Shown in pieces: positions 38,499 through 49,309 of a stretch of DNA of 64,000 nucleotides (positions are counted from its first letter, which is position 1; each line of letters begins with the position of its first letter). The notes beneath the pieces were generated by a model. It saw nothing but the letters and a program-made list of their open reading frames with translations. It did not search any database and was not told where the DNA came from. The position numbers and the translations under genes were made by a program. The stretch covers positions 20,352 through 84,351 of the IMG/VR virus record IMGVR_UViG_3300020037_002731; one strand, 5' to 3'. The DNA is from a virus (lineage: Duplodnaviria > Caudoviricetes).

Positions 38499-39677
38499 TT
38501 ATAATGAAGTTGTTCTAACAAAATCTCTTGAAACCCAATCTATACTAAAAGCAGTATCAGTAGTCCCAGCAGATTTTTCAATTTTTATTAGTTCACTTGT
38601 AATTCTAGCTACAGTAATAGGAATGTTAGTTATTACATTTCCTATATTAGCATCATTTACAAAATAATCTACTCTTGTTCCAGCAGCATTTACTTCTATC
38701 CTTAATTTAGTCCAAGCAGCAGCCCCCACAGCTACAGCACTTGCAGTACTAGTTCTATTACCAGCACCACCATTTGCAGTACACATTTGCCAATTAACAC
38801 TAGTAAGTCTATCATACTTAAAGTATGCTCCATCACTCATATCTCCAGCACCACTTACATCTCCAAAACCTAAGTACACTATGTATTCATCAGTTACAGT
38901 ACTAAGAACTGGAATGTACACATAAGTTTCAAATACATGAACTCCACCACCAAAAAATACATTTGAACTTCCTCTCTGAATACTACTTCTAGCAGTAGTT
39001 CCTGTACCAGTAATTAAAGATATTACTCCAGCTTGAGAACTAGTTAATCCAGTACTTACACCCATAGTAATACCAGCTCCAGCACCACCACCAGCATTAG
39101 CTGTATTAGTAAATCCAGTATCAGCTATTGCATTATTTTCAAAGTCTTCTTCCCAATGTAAATGCTTAGTTAAAGTTCTAATCTTAGCAGCAGTTTCTAC
39201 ATACCAAGCTCCAGTTGCACTTGCAATACTAGTACAAGTAAATCTTGTAGTTTCATCTGGAAGCATTCTTCTTTTAACAGTACCAGCATTATCTTGTACT
39301 ACTATTATATTAGTACTACTATTAATTATTCTGAAAGTTTTACCTACAGTATAAGTAGTACAATCTCCTAAATTAATAGTTTGTACTTGAGTACTTCCTG
39401 TAAATTCCTGATTAGGAGTACTAAGTATTGTTAATGTTACTGTTGTATTTGTTGTTGCAGTACTTGTAAATGAACTAGGATTAATAGTTTCACCTAGTAC
39501 TCCAGCATTATTATAAAGAAGATAAGTATCAGTAGCATCTGTAACTTCAGTAACATCAATTACTAAATCTACATTTCCAGCTATGATACTAGCAATTTCT
39601 TCTTGAAGACAACAAATTTCTTCTTGAATTTGTTTTATTCTTGTAAGAAAATTATCTTCAGTTACAGTTTTAGACAT
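38499..39677 (-). CDS. Head/tail fibre protein with a C-terminal lectin-like beta-sandwich
   Basis: N-terminal coiled coil with ICCLQ; C-terminal WTKLRIEVN...VDYFVND ConA-like pattern. Confidence 0.65.
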   Translation of the reverse strand: MSKTVTEDNFLTRIKQIQEEICCLQEEIASIIAGNVDLVIDVTEVTDATDTYLLYNNAGVLGETINPSSFTSTATTNTTVTLTILSTPNQEFTGSTQVQTINLGDCTTYTVGKTFRIINSSTNIIVVQDNAGTVKRRMLPDETTRFTCTSIASATGAWYVETAAKIRTLTKHLHWEEDFENNAIADTGFTNTANAGGGAGAGITMGVSTGLTSSQAGVISLITGTGTTARSSIQRGSSNVFFGGGVHVFETYVYIPVLSTVTDEYIVYLGFGDVSGAGDMSDGAYFKYDRLTSVNWQMCTANGGAGNRTSTASAVAVGAAAWTKLRIEVNAAGTRVDYFVNDANIGNVITNIPITVARITSELIKIEKSAGTTDTAFSIDWVSRDFVRTTSL

Positions 39678-39733
39678 TACTTGGGCATTTATGTAAAATA
39701 CATATCATTATTTAAATAAAAGTTTATTGGAAA

Positions 39734-40342
39734 TTATCCTATTCTATAAAGCTTGGCTACAGTAGCACTTGAGAATACAATTCTGAAAATTCCTATTGCA
39801 TTAGCAACAGAAACAGTAAGAGTTGCTCCACCAGTTATTACAGGAGTAGCAGCAGTAATACCAGCACCTACTAAAATTGTAACAGTATTAGCACCAGCAG
39901 TATTATCAACAATAAATTCAAAACTAGTTCCAGCAACAGCACCAATTTCAGCAGCTAACAAAGTAGCTGTTGGAAGTGTGATTGAAGTAGCAGCAGCACT
40001 AGTAGTTGTTATGTATCCAGTAGCTAAAGCACTAGCTTCAATTGTAGCAGTTTCAGGAACAGCAGTAGCTGTATGTGATTCTACAATAGCTTCTTCAAAA
40101 GTAGTAGGAACATTTACAGTAAATCTTTCTGCACCAGGAGTAAAGTTCTGTATAAAATCAGCACAACATGGATCTGCATTAAGCAAACCATTTACAACAA
40201 GCAAGTTATTCACCCACTTTTGCATATCAAAATTTGGTGAATTATCTCCTTTTGTACTTCTATTACTTCTAGCAGGACTTAGTACTCCTTTACTTATAAA
40301 AAGTTTTGGTTGAGTCTCCCTAAAATTACGTTCATTAAACAT
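39734..40342 (-). CDS. Capsid decoration / head fibre protein
   Basis: SITLPTATLLAAEIG...SFEFIVDN fold typical of head decoration proteins; follows the auxiliary capsid gene. Confidence 0.65.
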   Translation of the reverse strand: MFNERNFRETQPKLFISKGVLSPARSNRSTKGDNSPNFDMQKWVNNLLVVNGLLNADPCCADFIQNFTPGAERFTVNVPTTFEEAIVESHTATAVPETATIEASALATGYITTTSAAATSITLPTATLLAAEIGAVAGTSFEFIVDNTAGANTVTILVGAGITAATPVITGGATLTVSVANAIGIFRIVFSSATVAKLYRIG

Positions 40343-40373
40343 AAAGTATAATAAGTTTTAAAATTAAAATAAT

Positions 40374-40400
40374 AAAAGGAAGGGCTATAGTTGCCCTTCC
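40374..40400 (-). terminator. Rho-independent terminator after the auxiliary capsid gene
   Basis: GGAAGGGC-AACTATA-GCCCTTCC followed by TTTT. Confidence 0.85.
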
Positions 40401-40416
40401 AATAAAATAAACATAA

Positions 40417-41769
40417 TTAGGTAGTTACTGATATTCCAGCAGCAGCAGCAATACTAGCTAAGATTGTATCCATATTAGTAGACATTGTGCTACTAGCAGG
40501 GGAAGCAATATAAGTAATAGCTGGAGTGTAAGCAAGTTGTCCACCCATTGAAGTAGTAGGAAAAGTCCTGGAACTTTCAATCATGTACAAGTCATAAGTA
40601 TCAGTACTTACTACAGAACTGAAATACCCAAGGTTAGCAGCACAATCCAAGAACCATTGTCTTTGATCAGTGTAACCTTTAGCATCCATTTCCAAGTACA
40701 ACATTTCTTTTGAAGTACCTCTTCCAGCAAAGAATGCAGTCAGTTGGGAACTATCAAAATCACAAGGAAAGCTTTGAGCAGCATCTCTAGTAATTTCAAA
40801 AGTTACACCTTCAAAATCAAAAGGATAAGGAGGGAAGCAGCAGCATCCTGAATAAGCATCCAAGAATCTACCAGTAAATTGAATACCACATGCAGTTACA
40901 GCAGTAGTATCTACAATACTCATAGAACTTGTACTTACAGTAGCAGTTACAGTTAAAGCAGCTATACTAGCTCTATGCCAAGGAGTATCCAAGGTAATTT
41001 GAGTACCAGTAGTAACACCTACAGCAACTTTAAATACTGGATCTGAATCTGTAGTATCAACCACATTATCAGCAGCTATTCTAATATAAGCACCAGTAGC
41101 AATAGTTACATTACCAGCAAAAGTTACAATTTTACTTCCTTGTGTAAGGACAGCAGTAGTTGTAGCAAGACCAGTTCCAATATCACTTGCTGAACCATCA
41201 AGCAACATTTCAGCAAAGACAAACCTTGCAGGAATACTAGCTTGATTAGTTTCATTAAATGCTTTTACAAACTTTGCAGTTTCTAACCAGCAATCACTAG
41301 TACTACAACCTTCACAATCATCACAACATTCTGTATGAATTACAGTACTTTGTGTAAGACCAAGGTTGTTATAAAATTTCCTGATGTAAGGAGAATAAGC
41401 AATAAGCTTAAATCCATAATCAGCATCACAATCATAAGAAAGAGATTTAGCAGTATCACTACCATCAAATCCAATTGTCCATACTTGTGCTACAGGAGCA
41501 CTATAAGTCTTTTTGACAATTCTTGTAATAGTGTTAGCATCAATAGGAAAACTCCTGATACTAAATCTATCACTAGCACTAGCTTTTTGAGCTACAAAAA
41601 ATGGATTTTCAGTGGCTAATGTAAAAGCAGCACCAGTGTTAGCTAGGGTACTTTGTACAAAAAATCCTACTTCACCAGCAGTAAATCCTGCACCAGTAAA
41701 AGCAGCAGAGGTCTCAAGACCTCCAGATAATCCAAGAATAAAAATAGGCTTCCTTTCCCAATTTGGCAT
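40417..41769 (-). CDS. Auxiliary capsid (stabilisation) protein, crAss gp36-like
   Basis: 450 aa, Ala/Thr-rich beta protein with an inserted domain; synteny; followed by a strong terminator. Confidence 0.7.
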   Translation of the reverse strand: MPNWERKPIFILGLSGGLETSAAFTGAGFTAGEVGFFVQSTLANTGAAFTLATENPFFVAQKASASDRFSIRSFPIDANTITRIVKKTYSAPVAQVWTIGFDGSDTAKSLSYDCDADYGFKLIAYSPYIRKFYNNLGLTQSTVIHTECCDDCEGCSTSDCWLETAKFVKAFNETNQASIPARFVFAEMLLDGSASDIGTGLATTTAVLTQGSKIVTFAGNVTIATGAYIRIAADNVVDTTDSDPVFKVAVGVTTGTQITLDTPWHRASIAALTVTATVSTSSMSIVDTTAVTACGIQFTGRFLDAYSGCCCFPPYPFDFEGVTFEITRDAAQSFPCDFDSSQLTAFFAGRGTSKEMLYLEMDAKGYTDQRQWFLDCAANLGYFSSVVSTDTYDLYMIESSRTFPTTSMGGQLAYTPAITYIASPASSTMSTNMDTILASIAAAAGISVTT

Positions 41770-41825
41770 TGTAATTAAATTTAAAGGTTAAAATAAAATA
41801 AGTTTAGTTATATAATATATTTTGA

Positions 41826-41857
41826 TAAAAATACGAAATAAAGTTGATATTTACAAA
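41826..41857 (-). promoter_or_regulatory. Bacteroidota-type promoter upstream of the auxiliary capsid gene
   Basis: TTTG-N20-TATTTTTA, preceded by TTTCG. Confidence 0.55.
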
Positions 41858-42564
41858 TTTCTATTTTTAGCTAGATCAGCAGATAAAAGTTTGTATCCTT
41901 CTGTATCTCCAATAATAGCTTTAGTGTTTAAAGCAGCTAAAGTAATAATATCTTCTAGTAAGTAATCTGGTAACTCTGAATTTACATCAGCACTTGCAGA
42001 GCCATCTAAGTGAACATAACCAGCTAGATCTATTTGTGTTGGAGTCTTTAAGTATTCTATGTGTAATTCTGTACAAGTAAAAGTTCCATCAGTGTACCCA
42101 AAGATTTTACCTGAACTAATGTTAATAGGTAATTCTTGCCATTCAAAGCTAGGGTATTTATAAGGATCTTTTGATACTAGAATATCATTAAGTTCATCAT
42201 GGCTGTACTGAATATTTCTTAAAGCCCTGTCAACACATAAATCCTTTGTCGCCAAAGAATAGCTCCTAAGTAAATGTAAATAATTGTCTGGTAAAGCACC
42301 TGTAAAAATGTTGTTTCCTGCACTAATGTAAGTTATATTGGGTAGATCATTTACAACTAAGGCTTCTAAATCATCTATCCTTCTTTGAAAACTCTCTACT
42401 CCTTGTCTGAAAAGATTGTTAATTCCATAAATAGCATCAGTATAACCTAAGATAGTCTTATTAAGAATATCTAATATGGTTGGTAATGGTAAATCAATAA
42501 AATCTTGTGAATCTAATTTATTTACCGTTACCTTATATTTATATACTACTTCAGCAGTTATCAT
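41851..42564 (-). CDS. Tail ring protein (ring 3/4-like, P22 gp4-like)
   Basis: NKLDSQ...ILNK; YLKTP; ELPDYLLEDIITLA pattern; two genes downstream of the MCP. Confidence 0.75.
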   Translation of the reverse strand: MITAEVVYKYKVTVNKLDSQDFIDLPLPTILDILNKTILGYTDAIYGINNLFRQGVESFQRRIDDLEALVVNDLPNITYISAGNNIFTGALPDNYLHLLRSYSLATKDLCVDRALRNIQYSHDELNDILVSKDPYKYPSFEWQELPINISSGKIFGYTDGTFTCTELHIEYLKTPTQIDLAGYVHLDGSASADVNSELPDYLLEDIITLAALNTKAIIGDTEGYKLLSADLAKNRNL

Positions 42565-42570
42565 TTAATG

Positions 42571-43611
42571 TTAAGCATTAACAGTTATTCCTTGATAATC
42601 TCTAACAGCTTCTCTAAGTTCAGCCCTAAATTCATTGTTTTGAATATCAAGAATAAATTGAATACTTGTATCTTCATCTACTCCAATCTGTCTTCCTGGT
42701 TTACCATCAGGATTCATCCTGTAGTACTTACCATCAATCTTTCTGATAATACCAGTATTCTTAGCTTGAATAAATTCATCTTGAGCAATGATTAAATCAG
42801 GTTGTGTTTTGTACTTATCTGCTACTTTTAGGAAAGCTTTTCTATTAGCTTCTGAAGTATCAATGTACTCAAACAAAGCTCCTTTAATTACTTTTTCAGA
42901 AGGGCTAGCACTCTTAATAATACCAAGGATATTACTAAATCTTTTCTTCATTTCAAATGAACTAGCATTGTATTCTTCAAATGCTCTAAGTTTACTTTCT
43001 CCCTTTGTGAGTTTATTTTCAGCTTCCATTTCTACATCTTCAATATAGAAATTAGCTCCTCTGTATTCAGGTAAATTTTTCATACTTAATGTAGGAAGAA
43101 CTTCATGAGTACCTTTTAAAATAAGGATTCTAAGTTCATCTTGTGGATTATCTACATCAAATTTATTTTCTCCAGCTTTAAGTTTAACTCCATAAAATTT
43201 AAAAAATCTAGAATTTGGACTTAGTGATTTACTATAATAATCTTTTTCAATATCTTCTTCTCCAATGGGTACATTATAATCTGGATCTGTACTTTGTATT
43301 CCAAGTTTTCTTTCCATTTCTTCCCATTTCCAAATCATCTCTGGCTCTTTGGGATCTTTAGGAATAAACTCTGGAACATTAGGAGTTTCTTTCTTATCTT
43401 TAAAATCTGGATTTTTTACAGCTTTGTACCTTTCATTAGGTACTTTGTACAACATTCCTGTATCAAGCTTACCATTTCTCAAGTACACCCTTTTCTTATC
43501 AAAAGTTCCAGGTGCTCTTGTAATACCTAATTTTTCATAACCTTCAATTACTGCTCCTACTTTTTGTCCTTCAAAAGGAGGAATTGTTTTAACCTTTACA
43601 ATTTTAGTCAT
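42571..43611 (-). CDS. Conserved crAss-like protein downstream of the MCP
   Basis: 346 aa; synteny. Confidence 0.65.
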   Translation of the reverse strand: MTKIVKVKTIPPFEGQKVGAVIEGYEKLGITRAPGTFDKKRVYLRNGKLDTGMLYKVPNERYKAVKNPDFKDKKETPNVPEFIPKDPKEPEMIWKWEEMERKLGIQSTDPDYNVPIGEEDIEKDYYSKSLSPNSRFFKFYGVKLKAGENKFDVDNPQDELRILILKGTHEVLPTLSMKNLPEYRGANFYIEDVEMEAENKLTKGESKLRAFEEYNASSFEMKKRFSNILGIIKSASPSEKVIKGALFEYIDTSEANRKAFLKVADKYKTQPDLIIAQDEFIQAKNTGIIRKIDGKYYRMNPDGKPGRQIGVDEDTSIQFILDIQNNEFRAELREAVRDYQGITVNA

Positions 43612-43645
43612 TTGTCTTTATTTATCTTTATTTAATTATTTATCT

Positions 43646-43692
43646 AAAAAATAAAAGGATAGAGAAAGTTATTTTAAGACTCTCTCTATCCT
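43646..43692 (-). terminator. Terminator after the major capsid gene
   Basis: AGGATAGAGAGAGT-N9-ACTTTCTCTATCCT followed by TTTATTTTT. Confidence 0.85.
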
Positions 43693-43703
43693 GTAATATC
43701 AAC

Positions 43704-45173
43704 CTAGCTAGTAGGTCTAAATTTCAATACACCAGTTGCACTTACATCTTGAATCCAAGGACTACATCTGTCTCTTGCTACAAGTGTGTAAGCATCTTCA
43801 GTTACACTCATTACTTGACCATTCATCTGCCAAGGAGCACTAGTTCCATGCAAGTAACCATACTTCAATGAATTCTGCCTCTTAACAACCTTAAAGTTTT
43901 GTTCAAGATCACCAGAGAAATCCATTACATAGAAGTTAGCACTTTGTGAAGGGAATCCAGTACTTGTAGCTCTCATAGTATTTGTCAAATCTGTATCCAG
44001 ATAAGGCAACATTCTAAGGGTTACAGTTCCACCATTAACAAGGTTATAAGATTTAATCTGATAACCATATCTCAAGTTCATAGGATCAGCACCTTTCAGT
44101 ACTTCACTTGACAACATTACAAACTTATTAGTACTTCTCTTCATAGCTGCATCAAACAACATGAATCCATACTCACCAGTCAAGAGTTCAATATTCCTTT
44201 CAGAAGGTTTCTTTCTTCCAATATAAATATCCAAAAGGTAATCAGATAAAAGCTTTTCAGAAAACTCTGAATAAGTTTCAACATTGCCCCAATTCTCAAT
44301 CTGGTATTTCAAACCATATCTTGACCTAGTAAGATAATTACTATCTCCATCAAGATTGTTAGCTCCCCTACCATAGAACAAATAGTTACCTCTGTTCATA
44401 TCAATGGTTTTCCAGAACTTAATCTCTGCTCTGTTAATCCATTTACTATCCACTACTCTAATTTCCTTACCAGTTTGAGGATCTACTTCAACCATGTCAA
44501 AGTTAAGAACCATATCATCTACATAACCAGTAACTTTAGCTTGCCATCTCATCATATCACCAAGAGAATCCTGGAGAGTGATAATACCATCATGCTTAAT
44601 TTCTGATTGCAAAGAAGAACCTTCAGGATAAAGATTGTGCATACTTACATACTCTGAACCAGCAGCTAAAAGTGCAGTATCATAGTAAGCAGCAGGATCA
44701 TCAGTTACAAGTTGTACAAAGTACACAAATCCACCTGATTCAGGATAAGGATCTTGTATTGTACTAATTCTAATCAAAGATTCTTTATCAGTACTGATAA
44801 TTTCACCTTTGCTGAACCATTTTTGATCAAGTTTAATCTTGAAATAAGTTCCATCAATACCTGGAGTACTAGAACTTTCAATGTTCTCTACTACTCTAGC
44901 AGGAGGAGCATCAATAGCTTGTCTCCATTGCCATGTATCACTTTCACCTTTAAGAATATAAGGAGTTCCTCTACCACCATTTCCACCAAAGGAAAGTTCA
45001 GCAAGGGGATCACCTACATACCTCATACTTGTAAAAGCCTTCCTAATTGCAGTTTCTACAAAGAAAGGATTAATTTGTGCATAATTAATAAGGTGGTTTG
45101 TATCCACCATGCCTGAAAGTCTTGGACTTTCACGAACAACCAGTTTATGACTGGTATTTAAGGGAGTTGCCAT
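43704..45173 (-). CDS. Major capsid protein (HK97 fold, crAss type)
   Basis: 489 aa; SGMVDTNHL N-terminal motif; between scaffold and terminator. Confidence 0.88.
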   Translation of the reverse strand: MATPLNTSHKLVVRESPRLSGMVDTNHLINYAQINPFFVETAIRKAFTSMRYVGDPLAELSFGGNGGRGTPYILKGESDTWQWRQAIDAPPARVVENIESSSTPGIDGTYFKIKLDQKWFSKGEIISTDKESLIRISTIQDPYPESGGFVYFVQLVTDDPAAYYDTALLAAGSEYVSMHNLYPEGSSLQSEIKHDGIITLQDSLGDMMRWQAKVTGYVDDMVLNFDMVEVDPQTGKEIRVVDSKWINRAEIKFWKTIDMNRGNYLFYGRGANNLDGDSNYLTRSRYGLKYQIENWGNVETYSEFSEKLLSDYLLDIYIGRKKPSERNIELLTGEYGFMLFDAAMKRSTNKFVMLSSEVLKGADPMNLRYGYQIKSYNLVNGGTVTLRMLPYLDTDLTNTMRATSTGFPSQSANFYVMDFSGDLEQNFKVVKRQNSLKYGYLHGTSAPWQMNGQVMSVTEDAYTLVARDRCSPWIQDVSATGVLKFRPTS

Positions 45174-45246
45174 ATTTTATTTGTATATTTATTTTTATAT
45201 TATGTTTTGTATCAATATAGTAAGGTTAAACCTTACTTAATAACTA

Positions 45247-46389
45247 CTAAAGATTAAAATTCTTCCAAAGATTATCTTTCTCATCTTGAGTCAACTGCTT
45301 TCCCTTTAAAACATCCTGTTCTCTTACTCTTCCTTCTCCTTTAGGTCTTGCATTTTCTTTACTAACTTTATTCAATTTCTCTGCAAGTCCATTCTTTACA
45401 TTAACTTCAATACTCTTTTCTAATTTTTTAAAATCAAAACCTTTTGCTTTTAATGCTACAATAGCCATAAAATCTTCTAAGGTTTCTTCTTGTTGATCTT
45501 TAACATACTTTGAAACTAAGTTTTTTCCTAATTTCTCTGTAGGTTTAAATAAGTACTCTATGATAGCATCCTTATCTTTTTTACTTTTTATATCAATTAC
45601 TCCTTTGATATTATCATTTTTAAGAATAAAATCTTTCATATCATTTTGATACTTAAGATTTTCTTGTCTTTGACTTTCAGCAGCTTGAGCAGTTTCTTGC
45701 AATAAGATTTGCTCATTTTCTTTTCTGATAAGATCTAATTCTTCAAAGGCATCTTTAGCTTCTTCTTCAAGTAAAGCTGCATCTTTAAACTTTTGAATTT
45801 TTTCTTTAATCTTTTCATCAGGTAATCTAGTAGTACTTTTAAACTTTAAAGTAAGTACTCTTTCCTGATCCCTTTCATTTTCTAAATCTATAAAAGCTAA
45901 TGGATTAGCATAAGCTTCTGTAAATCTATCTATATCTCCACCATCTTCAATGTACTTAAATAATGCTTCTGCTTTATCTTTTTGAGGATGATTTTCAAAT
46001 CTTTTATTAAAATTCTCTTGTACTTTATTTTCAATATTTCTATTGTAAATATTTATAAGATCATCATTACTCTCTATATTATCTTCATCTGCAAAATCAA
46101 GTAGCCCAACTTCTTTTAAACTTTCAGCAGTACTTTTATAAATATTTACTTCTGAAGTACCTTCTTCTTTAGTAACTACAGGGGCAGTATAAATTTCTTT
46201 AGCTTGCCTATCTGCTTCTTCTTTACTTAGTACTAAAGATTCTTCAGCACCCTCTTTTTCTACAATTTCCTCAACCTTAAATTCAGTATCTTGTTTTACT
46301 ACATGAATTGGTTCTACAATACTTTCATGTTGAACTGGTGTAAATCCAAAGTCTTCCATAGGAAATTCACCTAATACATTTTCTGCCAT
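45247..46389 (-). CDS. Scaffolding / head assembly protein
   Basis: Acidic, helical 380 aa between portal and MCP. Confidence 0.7.
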   Translation of the reverse strand: MAENVLGEFPMEDFGFTPVQHESIVEPIHVVKQDTEFKVEEIVEKEGAEESLVLSKEEADRQAKEIYTAPVVTKEEGTSEVNIYKSTAESLKEVGLLDFADEDNIESNDDLINIYNRNIENKVQENFNKRFENHPQKDKAEALFKYIEDGGDIDRFTEAYANPLAFIDLENERDQERVLTLKFKSTTRLPDEKIKEKIQKFKDAALLEEEAKDAFEELDLIRKENEQILLQETAQAAESQRQENLKYQNDMKDFILKNDNIKGVIDIKSKKDKDAIIEYLFKPTEKLGKNLVSKYVKDQQEETLEDFMAIVALKAKGFDFKKLEKSIEVNVKNGLAEKLNKVSKENARPKGEGRVREQDVLKGKQLTQDEKDNLWKNFNL

Positions 46390-46476
46390 ATTTGTCTATT
46401 TAAAAAATTTTATATTTATCTATCTTGATCTAAAATACTTTACACATAATATTTAATGTGTTATAACTAAGGAATA

Positions 46477-46508
46477 TAAATATACAAAAAGTATTTTAAT
46501 ATTCCAAA
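46477..46508 (-). promoter_or_regulatory. Bacteroidota-type promoter for scaffold-MCP
   Basis: TTTG-N20-TATATTTA. Confidence 0.6.
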
Positions 46509-46518
46509 TATCTAACTT

Positions 46519-49245
46519 TTACTTACTCTTTGGTTTAGGTTTAGCACTCTGCCTAGCCTTGGCTTTAGCTGCACTAGCCTTAATTATTTCCACTTCCTTC
46601 TTGAGTTTAAGCTCATCTCTTTTGAATTTAATCTCTTCTCTTTTGAACTTTAATTCCTCATTTTGAAGTTTCTCTTGATTCTTATTTTGAACCTCTACCT
46701 GTTTAAGTTTCTTATCTTCAATCTCTAATTTTTGTTTACTATCTTTAATCTTAATAGCTAACTCCTTCTCTTTCAATGACTTATCTTGAGATCTTTGAGC
46801 TTTGCTTTCTTTCATTTCTTCTCCAGATTTTAATTGTTCAAACCTTTGCTTACTTTGCTCTAATCCAATTTTACTCATTTCATAAATATCAGGAACAGCA
46901 TTATCATCCAGGTCAATATCTTTAGTTCCAAAAGCAGCACTACTTAAGATCTTACTTTCAGCAATTCTTTCATTACTTTCCCTATCAAGTTGCTTATTGG
47001 CATCTTCTCTATCCATTCTTTCCATTTCCAATCTTTCAGAACTTTGAATAGCCATTTGTTCATTTTGCAACTTAGCCTCTTCCATCTTCTGCCTGTTAAC
47101 ATCAATCTCTTCTAATTTTTCTCTAATAACTGCAATACTTTCTTCACTAGCTAATGTAAATGCTCCAAGCATACTTCCACCATTTTGAAGCACTGGTTGA
47201 ATCATTTGTTTTGCAATATTTAATATTTCAGCATCTTTAGCTGAATCAGTAACATACACACAAGTATCACTGAATTTAAAACCAGTACTAACTTTGAGAA
47301 AGGCAATACTTAGGTCATTCAAGAAATAAGTATCCTCATACCCTTCTTCTAAATTGAACTTAATTTGTTCAAGTAAGTTAGTAAGAACTCTACCCTTTAT
47401 ATTATTATGGGTTTTAAAATTGTATTCTGTTTGAGCATAAGACTTGCTTAATGCTGCATTAGTGGCTGTTGCTGTTTCTGTAGCTTTTACATCTCCTAGC
47501 CTTTGAGGACTAAATCCTACTATCCTGGCACATTCAGCTTGTAAGTACTCAAGTAAACTCATACACTTATCTATGTATGCTAAAGTACTTGTTTGTAGTA
47601 CAGTAAAGGTATTAAAGAATTTAGCTCCTTCTTGATTTGAATCTATAAGAAGCATGTGTTCTTCTTCATAGAACTTCTTCCATTTTTCAAAGTCCCATCC
47701 AGCTTTACTTGGAATTTGAGCTAAGTCAAATGGAATTAAATATCCAATATCTGAATTTATATAACTTCTTATTTTATCTGAAATAATATTATAAAGCTCA
47801 TTGTAAGGCTTCATTTGATCTAATGGAGAAGTAGGAGTAGTATTTCTATTATTGTAGTACCCTCCAGTATAACCTAACTTAGCTCCATATAATTTATTAC
47901 TACTTTTGAATTGAAAATTCTTAGGTTGAATTTTACAGTATATCTTATCTCCTATTTTAGTTCCTTCCCAAGCTTCATTAATCCAGGTGTATTCAGCAGT
48001 CCAACCATTATCTTTCATTTCTTTATCTAGCTCAAACTCTCCATCTAAATAAATGGTATCAGGCTCACCTTCCTCATCAAAGAAATGTAAAGTACATATT
48101 TTTCTTTTACTCATCCATTCTGCATGAAGTACTAAAATATGTTTCTTAAATCTATTACTTCCTCTTCCTCCATTACCATATCCAGAATTTAAGTACTCTG
48201 TAATAGGATCAAATACTCCAGGAAGTCCAGAACTTACAAGAGGGTATCTGTAAGATTCACTATTCTCATTGTAAGGAATAAAAGAAAAATCTCCAAAATC
48301 TACCATTGAAGTTTGTGCATTAAGAGCAGGGTTGCTATCATACACATCATTTCTATCAATTCTTTCTATTTCATCTTCTGTTAAAAACTCTCTGTATCTA
48401 TCAATAATATTACTATGAGACATTAATTCTCCTCTAATACCAAACTCACCTTCATCTAAATAAAATAAATCATAGCTTTTATCTCCTACAAAATTAACAG
48501 GATTAACACACTCTAGTACTGTTTCTCCATTTACTGTGCCTATCCAATAGATCTCTTCAGCTACAATAGTAGCATCTACCCATCCTTTATTGAATGTTTC
48601 TTTAACATTTAATTTCTTAATGTACTTCCTAAGAATTGCATTAGCTGTATCTTCATCTACAGTACTAAAATCTCTTTGCATGTACTTCTCTATTTCTGGA
48701 GGAGTCATACTTTGAGCAGCTTGTTGACCTTCTTCTGAATTAATATCTATTCCTAAAGTAAATACTTTTTGTTGTATCTCTCTTTGAATCTCCTGATTTA
48801 AATTTTGATGTACTAGTTCTGTCTTAGTTCTTAGATATTCATTAGTAGCTCCTTCATCTTCATTCTTAGCTCTGAAATTAAAAGGTCTTTGAACTTCTTC
48901 TCCCCATAGAGATTGTAATGGAATTACACAAATAGGAAAGTGAGTTATTTCTCTTGGAATTTCACCTAAAGAACCAGGATTAACTCCTAGACCTTGTAAG
49001 TTATTGTACTGATTAAAGCTGTACTCACCATTAATTAATCTATAATTAACTACTTTCTGTAACCTTCTGGCACTCTCTTCATTCCATACTCTAGTAAAGA
49101 AGTCCATATTCTTCTTCTTCCAGGGTAAAGTTTGTTTAGTACTCCAAGAGACAGTTTGAACTGGGTACTCATTGGAGTTAGTTAAGTTATATGTATCTGT
49201 AACTGTTTGACCATCTACAGAAGCTCTTGGTGAATTATATGCCAC
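46519..49245 (-). CDS. Portal protein
   Basis: 908 aa; NYRLING, LWGEEVQRPF, INEAWEGTKIG, MKPYNELYNI and GFSPQRLG motifs typical of crAss portals. Confidence 0.92.
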   Translation of the reverse strand: MAYNSPRASVDGQTVTDTYNLTNSNEYPVQTVSWSTKQTLPWKKKNMDFFTRVWNEESARRLQKVVNYRLINGEYSFNQYNNLQGLGVNPGSLGEIPREITHFPICVIPLQSLWGEEVQRPFNFRAKNEDEGATNEYLRTKTELVHQNLNQEIQREIQQKVFTLGIDINSEEGQQAAQSMTPPEIEKYMQRDFSTVDEDTANAILRKYIKKLNVKETFNKGWVDATIVAEEIYWIGTVNGETVLECVNPVNFVGDKSYDLFYLDEGEFGIRGELMSHSNIIDRYREFLTEDEIERIDRNDVYDSNPALNAQTSMVDFGDFSFIPYNENSESYRYPLVSSGLPGVFDPITEYLNSGYGNGGRGSNRFKKHILVLHAEWMSKRKICTLHFFDEEGEPDTIYLDGEFELDKEMKDNGWTAEYTWINEAWEGTKIGDKIYCKIQPKNFQFKSSNKLYGAKLGYTGGYYNNRNTTPTSPLDQMKPYNELYNIISDKIRSYINSDIGYLIPFDLAQIPSKAGWDFEKWKKFYEEEHMLLIDSNQEGAKFFNTFTVLQTSTLAYIDKCMSLLEYLQAECARIVGFSPQRLGDVKATETATATNAALSKSYAQTEYNFKTHNNIKGRVLTNLLEQIKFNLEEGYEDTYFLNDLSIAFLKVSTGFKFSDTCVYVTDSAKDAEILNIAKQMIQPVLQNGGSMLGAFTLASEESIAVIREKLEEIDVNRQKMEEAKLQNEQMAIQSSERLEMERMDREDANKQLDRESNERIAESKILSSAAFGTKDIDLDDNAVPDIYEMSKIGLEQSKQRFEQLKSGEEMKESKAQRSQDKSLKEKELAIKIKDSKQKLEIEDKKLKQVEVQNKNQEKLQNEELKFKREEIKFKRDELKLKKEVEIIKASAAKAKARQSAKPKPKSK

Positions 49246-49309
49246 TATGTATCACTTGTTTTGTTATACTTTATTGATTTATAAATATAAGTAAAATTTT
49301 CCACATTAT

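Noticed and set aside
30972-39677. Diversity-generating retroelement targeting the fibre genes
   Set aside because: No reverse transcriptase in the window and no adenine-specific TR/VR repeat pair. The only duplicated segment (MANNCS...) differs at synonymous positions of all bases.
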